Notes under the pieces: generated by a model
Seen by the model: the letters and a program-made list of their open reading frames with translations, nothing else
Told to the model about the DNA's origin: nothing
Databases searched by the model: none
In this document: positions 57,850-64,000 of the stretch, piece by piece
Numbering within the stretch: position 1 is the first letter of the stretch
How the letters are laid out: each line of letters opens with the position of its first letter
Assembly: GCA_963828525.1 (NCBI GenBank)
Contig: CAWHEP010000009.1
Coordinates: 96,001-160,000 of the forward strand
From: an uncultured Verrucomicrobiae bacterium
Lineage (GTDB): Bacteria; Verrucomicrobiota; Verrucomicrobiia; Chthoniobacterales; Chthoniobacteraceae
DNA length: 64,000 nucleotides
Direction of reading: 5' to 3'
Program-made: the position numbers and the translations under genes

Positions 57850-58626
57850 CTACATCCCCATGATTTGGTAACCGCCATCCACGTAGATCACCTGTCCAGT
57901 GATAGCCGCCGCCCCTTCGCTCGCCAGGAATACGCCGGTCGCGCCAAGCTCCGCCGGATCACAGCTCCTCCGCAGGGGCGCGTGCTCCTGGTAATGCTTG
58001 AGCATCGAGGTAAACCCGGCAATGCCACGAGCCGCGAGCGTCTGCACAGGCCCCGCGCTGATACAGTTGACCCGGATCTTCTTCGTGCCCAGGTCATAAG
58101 CCAGGTAGCGCGTCGTCGCCTCCAGGCTGGCTTTCGCGACTCCCATGACATTGTAGTGGGGCACCACCTTTTCGGCTCCATAATAGGTCATCGCCACGAT
58201 GCTCCCGCCATTAGTCATCAGAGGCGCGACTTCGCGCGACAAGCCCAGCAGGGAATAGGAGCTGATGTCGTGCGCCATCCTGAAAGCCTCCCGCGTAGTG
58301 TTGATGAAGTCGCCCTCCAACGCTTCTTTGGGAGCAAAGGCCACCGCATGCAGCATGAAATCCACTGTGGAAGTCTGCTCTTTGACCTTGCTGAAGAATG
58401 AAGTGATCTCCTCGTCCCTGGAGACGTCGCAAGGAAACAGCGGCGTCTCGCTGCCAAACTCGGATACGAGTTCCTCCACATTGTCCTTCAGCCGCTCTCC
58501 CTGGTAGCTAAAAATTAATCGAGCGCCCGCGTTTGCCCACGCTTTGGCGATCGCCCACGCGATGCTGCGTTTATTCGCCACGCCAAAGACGAGGCCGGTC
58601 TTTCCTTCGAGGATTCGATTGCTCAT
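57850..58626 (-). CDS. fabI: Enoyl-ACP reductase
   Basis: GVANKRSIAW, YNVMGVAKASLE and ISAGP..TLAA. Confidence 0.95.
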   Translation of the reverse strand: MSNRILEGKTGLVFGVANKRSIAWAIAKAWANAGARLIFSYQGERLKDNVEELVSEFGSETPLFPCDVSRDEEITSFFSKVKEQTSTVDFMLHAVAFAPKEALEGDFINTTREAFRMAHDISSYSLLGLSREVAPLMTNGGSIVAMTYYGAEKVVPHYNVMGVAKASLEATTRYLAYDLGTKKIRVNCISAGPVQTLAARGIAGFTSMLKHYQEHAPLRRSCDPAELGATGVFLASEGAAAITGQVIYVDGGYQIMGM

Positions 58627-58723
58627 GTGGGTACCGTAGTGCGAGTCCCGCTGAATTAAAAAGAGGAAAGTTTTCGCCGCACTTCCCGGTGTCAAAACGA
58701 ACGCGTTGAATTATGGTGCGTTC

Positions 58724-59425
58724 ATGAAGTGGTTTTTGCTCGCGCTCTTCTGCGGGAATTTCGGAGCAGCCGCAGCGGACACGATTACCGCGCTGGAGGC
58801 CGTCGCTCTGCTTCCAGCGGATAAGCAGAAGCAGGTGTCCGTCGTCGAAGGCCGCGAAGGCGCGCCCGATCCGGTGCGGTGGTACGTCGTTGCAGCCGAT
58901 CCGTCGGAGCCGAACGGACTTCATGAATATGTGACGTCCGGCGGGGCCATCGTCGCGTCGCGTTCTGTTTCGCAGTTCGCCACCCGCCTCGCGCCACAAG
59001 ACGCGCTCGGCATTGATGCCGTGAAGTTTGACTCCAGCTACGCTGCCAGCATTGCGAAGAACTATGCCGACGCCGGAAAATTGAAGTTCAGCGCGATGAA
59101 CTACGAATTGCGAAAAGGACCCGATGCCATTCCGCGCTGGACGGTCTCCTGCCTGGATGATGACGGCAACGCTCTCGCGGAAATCACCCTCTCCGCCAGC
59201 AAGGGTAGTGTGATCTCGCATTCGGGATTTCCTGCCCTGCCCGAGAACACGGCCAAACCTCCGAAAAGGAAAAAGATTGTTTCTGTAAAGCGCCCGGTTC
59301 CAAGCCCCGCGCCGGTGGCTGAGCTTGTCCCAGCCAATCCAATCCCGGCGAGCACTCCACGCGGAACCTTGTTCCAGAAAGTGGGCAGCAGCATGGGCAA
59401 ACTGTTCGGCAGGAAGGATCAGTAG
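58724..59425 (+). CDS. Secreted hypothetical protein with Pro/Lys-rich tail
   Basis: Signal peptide; beta-rich core ending in W.V...I..S.SKG.V (PepSY-like feel); basic amphipathic C-terminus. Confidence 0.65.
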   Translation: MKWFLLALFCGNFGAAAADTITALEAVALLPADKQKQVSVVEGREGAPDPVRWYVVAADPSEPNGLHEYVTSGGAIVASRSVSQFATRLAPQDALGIDAVKFDSSYAASIAKNYADAGKLKFSAMNYELRKGPDAIPRWTVSCLDDDGNALAEITLSASKGSVISHSGFPALPENTAKPPKRKKIVSVKRPVPSPAPVAELVPANPIPASTPRGTLFQKVGSSMGKLFGRKDQ

Positions 59426-59430
59426 GAACC

Positions 59431-60840
59431 GTGGCGCTGGATCTCGCGTTGCGAAAGGAGCTGACACGGCTTCTGGGCAAGAATGCCGTCCGCGAGGACG
59501 ACGAGACGATCCTCGCGCATAGCGGCGACAAATGGTTCGCGAGCCACGCTCCCGACGTGGTGGTATTTGGCGAGTCTGCCGAACACGTTGGGAAGCTGCT
59601 GGCGTTTGCCTCGTTGCATTCCATCCCGGTCACTCCCCGGGGGAGCGGCTACGGTTATGTGGGGAGCTGCGTCCCCTCGCATGGCGGGATCGCCCTTTCC
59701 CTGGCCAGGATGCGAGAGATCAAGGAGATTAGCGACAGCGATTTTGTAGCCGTGGCGCAACCAGGCGTGATCACCGGCGCCTTGCAGGCAGCCGCGCGCA
59801 AGCAGGGTCTCTTTTACCCCCCCGATCCCGCAAGCCTGAAGGAATGCAGCATCGGCGGGAACATCGCGACGAACGCTGGCGGGCCGCGCTGCCTGAAGTA
59901 TGGGGTGACCCGGAATTACGTGCTTGGTTTGGAAGTGGTGCTCTCCGATGGCCGCGTGTTACGGGCGGGAAGCCGGACACACAAGAACAAAACAGGCTTT
60001 GACCTGGTCGGCCTGTTCGTTGGCTCGGAGGGGTTGCTGGGCGTCGTAACGGAAGCAACCCTGAAACTGCTGCCGCTCCCGCCGGCCCGCGCCACGCTCT
60101 CGGCGAGCTTTCTCACCATCGAGGAGGCTGCCACCGCCGTCCGTGACATTTTCAAAGCCGGATTCCTCCCCTCCGCGCTTGAGATCGCGGACGCGTTCAC
60201 GCTGGAGTCCGCGCGCAAGTTCGTCGGAGAGGCCATCGTCCCACCGGGGAATGCTCACTTGCTCATCGATCTCGATGGCCAGCCCGCGTCCGTGGCAACC
60301 GAGGCCGAATCTCTTTCCGCTTTACTCCGCAAGGCGAACGCGCAGCGACTGGAAACAGCGGAAGGCGAAGACGCGTGTGAAGTGCTTTGGGGGTTGCGCC
60401 GCGCCTTCTCCAACTCACTCAAGGCGACGGGCCTCACAAAGCTGAATGAAGACATCGCCATTCCGCGCGGCCGCCTGGTGGATCTCGTCCAATTCGCCGC
60501 GCGTCTTCGCGATAAATATGGGTATCCTGTCGCCTGCTTTGGCCACGCGGGCGATGGCAACATCCACGTGAATATCATGGCGGCCAACTACTCAGACCCC
60601 GCGGTCGCCCGCGATGTGCGCGTCGCCTTGGACGAGCTCTTTCGGCAGGTGATAGCGTGGGGCGGCGTCATCACCGGCGAACACGGGATCGGCCTGGCGA
60701 AGAAGCCTTGGTGGCCCCTGGCTGTGTCGCAAACCAGCCGCGATGTGCATGCGTCCCTCAAAAACTGCCTGGATCCCCAAGGTATATTGAACCCCGGAAA
60801 GTTCGTCGAAAACACGCTGCCCGGGTCACCTAGAGAATGA
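59431..60840 (+). CDS. FAD-linked oxidase, GlcD/D-2-hydroxyacid dehydrogenase family
   Basis: YPPDPAS, IGGNIATNAGG, GSEG.LG, GHAGDGN.H and GEHGIG. Confidence 0.9.
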   Translation: MALDLALRKELTRLLGKNAVREDDETILAHSGDKWFASHAPDVVVFGESAEHVGKLLAFASLHSIPVTPRGSGYGYVGSCVPSHGGIALSLARMREIKEISDSDFVAVAQPGVITGALQAAARKQGLFYPPDPASLKECSIGGNIATNAGGPRCLKYGVTRNYVLGLEVVLSDGRVLRAGSRTHKNKTGFDLVGLFVGSEGLLGVVTEATLKLLPLPPARATLSASFLTIEEAATAVRDIFKAGFLPSALEIADAFTLESARKFVGEAIVPPGNAHLLIDLDGQPASVATEAESLSALLRKANAQRLETAEGEDACEVLWGLRRAFSNSLKATGLTKLNEDIAIPRGRLVDLVQFAARLRDKYGYPVACFGHAGDGNIHVNIMAANYSDPAVARDVRVALDELFRQVIAWGGVITGEHGIGLAKKPWWPLAVSQTSRDVHASLKNCLDPQGILNPGKFVENTLPGSPRE

Positions 60841-60905
60841 TTGAGCTGTCCGCCGCGAGCCCTCTTTTGGTTTTCCTTTAGTCCGCCTTTGGGTAATCTC
60901 CGCCA

Positions 60906-62183
60906 ATGCTCGATATCCGCCTGCTCCGTGACAATCCCGACTTGGTGAGAGCCCGCCTTGCCACGCGCAACAACGGGAGCGAGCAGACCATCGATGCCGT
61001 CCTGGAATGCGACGTCGAACGGCGTCGCATTGAAACGCAACTACAGCAACTGAACGCTGACCGGAATCGACTCAGCAAGCAAATCGGACAGGCAAAAGGA
61101 AAGGGAGAATCGACAGCGGAGCTGGAGGAACAGGTCAGGCCGTTCGGAAGTAACATCTCCGAACTGAACCGTCTGGCCGCGCTCGCCGACGAAAAGCAGC
61201 GCGATCTCCTCCTGCGCCTGCCAAACCTTCCCCATCCCGCCGCGCCTATCGGCAAGGAAGCGAAGGATAATCCCGTGGTGCGCTTTTGGGGCGAAAAGCC
61301 GGTGCTCCCAGCGCCTGTCCTCGACCACTTGCAAATCGCCGACAAGCTCGGCCTTCTCGATTTGGACCGGGCCGCAAAAGTCAGCGGCAGCGGTTTCATC
61401 TGTTTCACCGGCCAGGGAGCGCGGCTCGAGCGGGCGCTGATCAACTTCATGCTGGATCTGCACACCGGCAGCCACGGCTATACCGAAGTCAGCCCCCCTT
61501 TCCTGGTGCGGCGCGAATGCATGGTGGGCACTAATCAGTTGCCGAAATTTGAAGAAGACATGTACAGGTTGGAGAATGGAGCACTCTTCCTCGCTCCCAC
61601 CGCCGAGGTGCCGGTCACAAACCTTTACCGGGAGGAAATCCTGCCAGCGGCTGATCTGCCGAAGAAGATGACTGCCTACACGCCATGCTTCCGTCGCGAA
61701 GCCGGCTCGGCTGGGCGCGAGACACGCGGGCTGATCCGCGTCCACCAGTTCGATAAAATTGAATTGGTAAAGATTACGACCCCCGAAGCTTCATACGAGG
61801 AACTTGAAAAGCTCACCGCTGACGCGGAGGAAGTCCTTCAACTTCTAGGTCTCCACTACCGCGTCATTGAACTCTGCACTGGCGACATCGGATTCGGCGC
61901 GGCGAAGACCTACGACATCGAAGTATGGGCGCCCGGTCAGAATGCCTACCTTGAGGTTTCCAGTTGCTCAAACTTTGAGGAATTCCAGGCGCGCCGCATG
62001 AACCTGAAGTTCAAGGACGCCGCTGGCAAAAACCGCTTCTGTCACACCCTGAATGGCTCAGGCACCGCCCTCCCTCGCATCTTCGTCGCGTTGCTGGAGA
62101 GCTGCCAGCAGCCTGATGGCTCCGTAAAAATCCCCGAACCTTTGCGGAGATATACGGGGATGGACGCTATCAAGCCTGCATGA
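60906..62183 (+). CDS. serS: Serine--tRNA ligase
   Basis: PTAEVP, CFRREAGS, RVHQF.K.E, EVSSCSN and HTLNGSG. Confidence 0.97.
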   Translation: MLDIRLLRDNPDLVRARLATRNNGSEQTIDAVLECDVERRRIETQLQQLNADRNRLSKQIGQAKGKGESTAELEEQVRPFGSNISELNRLAALADEKQRDLLLRLPNLPHPAAPIGKEAKDNPVVRFWGEKPVLPAPVLDHLQIADKLGLLDLDRAAKVSGSGFICFTGQGARLERALINFMLDLHTGSHGYTEVSPPFLVRRECMVGTNQLPKFEEDMYRLENGALFLAPTAEVPVTNLYREEILPAADLPKKMTAYTPCFRREAGSAGRETRGLIRVHQFDKIELVKITTPEASYEELEKLTADAEEVLQLLGLHYRVIELCTGDIGFGAAKTYDIEVWAPGQNAYLEVSSCSNFEEFQARRMNLKFKDAAGKNRFCHTLNGSGTALPRIFVALLESCQQPDGSVKIPEPLRRYTGMDAIKPA

Positions 62184-62255
62184 GCCGCCATTCCCGTCGG
62201 GGATCCGCCGAGGGTTATTCGCAGGAATGAAGAATGACTATGACAATTTCAAGCC

Positions 62256-62329
62256 TGGCTACCCCGCATGGATTCGAACCATGAATAACGCCTCCAAAGG
62301 GCGCTGTGTTACCGTTACACCACGGGGTA
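62256..62329 (-). tRNA. tRNA-Gln (anticodon TTG)
   Basis: Minus strand TACCCCGTGGTGTAACGGTAACACAGCGCCCTTTGGAGGCGTTATTCATGGTTCGAATCCATGCGGGGTAGCCA: U1-A72 acceptor, CT-TTG-GA loop, GTTCGAATC T-arm, encoded CCA. Confidence 0.96.
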
Positions 62330-62484
62330 ATTTTGGGCGGTAGAGCGAGTGTCGAATAAAAGAAGGCGCTCTGCAAGCGGATCGGATAGACAGGATTTGA
62401 GCTTCACGGGCGCGGGCGAACGGGACGTTGGCGCGTTTCGACGCGGACTTCAAGGGGCACCCTGGCGCGGCAATCGTACAAACT

Positions 62485-63108
62485 CTATACGACCGCCAGC
62501 TCCACAGACTTTTGCCCCCGTTGGATGCTGAAGAGGATTGGAGTTCCCGAATGCTCCTCCAGAACAGAACGGTTTGTTGTCGCTACGATGTCCTCACCCG
62601 CATCGATGTTGTTGAGGACGATGCCGGCGCACTGCAGACCATCCGCTCTTATCCTTTCGACGGTGAGAAGCGTGTGGTTGATCGCTCCAAGCCGGTTGCT
62701 AACGACGACCAGGACTGGCAATTCCAGCTCGCGCGCCAGATCGCTCACAAAGTATCTCCCCACGATGGGCACGCGCCAGCCGCCTACTCCCTCGACCAAC
62801 AGGGATCGGCGGTTTTCGCGGATGAGGCTGAACGCCCGCTTGATGGCGTCGATATCCACCGGGCGAGATTCGCGGGCGGCGGCGACGCTTGGGGCCGCCG
62901 GAGTTGAAAACCAGACGGGGTTGGTTTGGTCGAGTGTCAGTTCATTGCCGGAAGCTTCACGCAGAATCTCGGCGTCCTGGCGATCTCCACAGCAGATCGG
63001 TTTTATGCCAACGGTGTCGAGACCGGCGTTGCGGAGGCTGCGAATCAGCAGCGCGGTGACGTAGGTCTTGCCGACGCCTGTATCCGCGCCAGTGACGAAA
63101 TAGTTCAA
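62485..63108 (-). CDS. bioD: Dethiobiotin synthase
   Basis: TGADTGVGKT, KP, VEGVGG and LGAINHT. Confidence 0.94.
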   Translation of the reverse strand: MNYFVTGADTGVGKTYVTALLIRSLRNAGLDTVGIKPICCGDRQDAEILREASGNELTLDQTNPVWFSTPAAPSVAAARESRPVDIDAIKRAFSLIRENRRSLLVEGVGGWRVPIVGRYFVSDLARELELPVLVVVSNRLGAINHTLLTVERIRADGLQCAGIVLNNIDAGEDIVATTNRSVLEEHSGTPILFSIQRGQKSVELAVV

Positions 63109-63111
63109 AAC

Positions 63112-64000
63112 CTAGCCATTCTCGCCGGCGCCGATATGCTGCTCCAGAGACTCGGCAATCCTATCCGCATGGGCATTTATCCGCCCGCTGTCCCGGCCTT
63201 CGATGAGAAGGCGTATCTTTGGCTCTGTGCCCGAGTAACGCAATATCACGCGGCCTTCACCGGAGATTTCCTTCTCCGCTTCCAGGATCAGCTTTGAGAC
63301 CTCCTCCAAGCTATCGAGCGGAGGCTGCGACTTTACTTTGAGATTTCGCTGCGCCTGGGGGTATTTGCTAAGACATTTTTTCAATTCACTCAGCGGTTTT
63401 CCGGATTCGACCATGATGCGCAGAATCTGGAGCGCGCTTACAATGCCATCGCCTGTGGTGGAGTAATCCCGGAAGATCATGTGACCGCTCTGTTCGCCGC
63501 CGAGATTCAGGTCGTTCTTCATCATCTCGGCGATGACGTAACGATCTCCAACATTGGCGCGAACGACCCTGCCGCCATGCGCTTTTAGCGCTTCATCCAG
63601 GCCGAAATTGCTCATGACGGTGGCGACCAGCGTGTTCTTGCGCAGCTCGCCGCGGCGGAGCATGTCGATGGCGGCGATGGCCATGATCTCGTCGCCGTCC
63701 ACTATTTCACCGGCCTCGTCGCAAAGGAGGACACGGTCGGCGTCGCCGTCGTGGGTAATGCCGGCCTGGGCTCCGGTCTCCTTCACCAGACGCTGAATCT
63801 CAGCGGGATGAGTGCTGCCGCAGTCGCGGTTGATGTTGCGTCCGTTCGGGTTTGCGTGCGCGACGATGGCCGTGGCTCCAAGCTCCCGGAGAACGCAAGG
63901 GGTGGATTTGTAACCCGCGCCGTTGGCGACATCCACCGCGACGCGCAAGCTCTCGAGAGTGAGGCCCCGAGGGAAACTCCGCTTCGCAAACTCCACGTAG
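63112..64000 (-). CDS. glmM: Phosphoglucosamine mutase, 5' part outside window
   Basis: DGDADR, TVMSN.G, VGDRYV, GGEQSGH and RYSGTEP. Confidence 0.92.
   Translation of the reverse strand, partial: YVEFAKRSFPRGLTLESLRVAVDVANGAGYKSTPCVLRELGATAIVAHANPNGRNINRDCGSTHPAEIQRLVKETGAQAGITHDGDADRVLLCDEAGEIVDGDEIMAIAAIDMLRRGELRKNTLVATVMSNFGLDEALKAHGGRVVRANVGDRYVIAEMMKNDLNLGGEQSGHMIFRDYSTTGDGIVSALQILRIMVESGKPLSELKKCLSKYPQAQRNLKVKSQPPLDSLEEVSKLILEAEKEISGEGRVILRYSGTEPKIRLLIEGRDSGRINAHADRIAESLEQHIGAGENG

Noticed and set aside
57816..57850. TPP riboswitch upstream of thiD
   Set aside because: Only ~33 nt separate fabI and thiD, and the TPP consensus (CTGAGA...ACCTGA) is absent.
62184..62329. tRNA-Gln 3' end as an integration site
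   Set aside because: No integrase or duplicated tRNA 3' fragment noticed; flanked by housekeeping genes.

Overview
A GC-rich, gene-dense bacterial chromosomal window. A Minf_1886-like (Planctomycetes/Verrucomicrobia) gene and the overall gene content suggest Verrucomicrobiota, possibly Chthoniobacterales (inference). Housekeeping genes include aguA/aguB, rpsU, rlmI-like, an HtrA protease, PPi-type pfk, mtgA, pyrE, ychF, osmC, MoxR/DUF58/TgpA, hflX, thiD, fabI, glcD-like, serS, tRNA-Gln(UUG), bioD and glmM. The most interesting block is ~24 kb (10.1-34.4 kb) of cell-envelope glycosylation genes. It holds six lipid-donor (GT-C fold) transferases (3 GT87-like, 3 ArnT/PMT-like), a GT2 fused to a YdjC deacetylase, a stand-alone condensation-fold acyltransferase, a three-domain WbdA-like GT4, a small WbdD-tail-like protein with no catalytic domain, and a cytochrome P450 translationally coupled inside the glycosyltransferase operon. 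Other points: a 1693-aa repeat-built coiled-coil protein, an unannotated 44-aa membrane peptide, a decayed vapBC pair, scattered pectin-use genes, and several single-base frameshifts that look like assembly errors. No CRISPR array, rRNA, integrase or IS element was seen.
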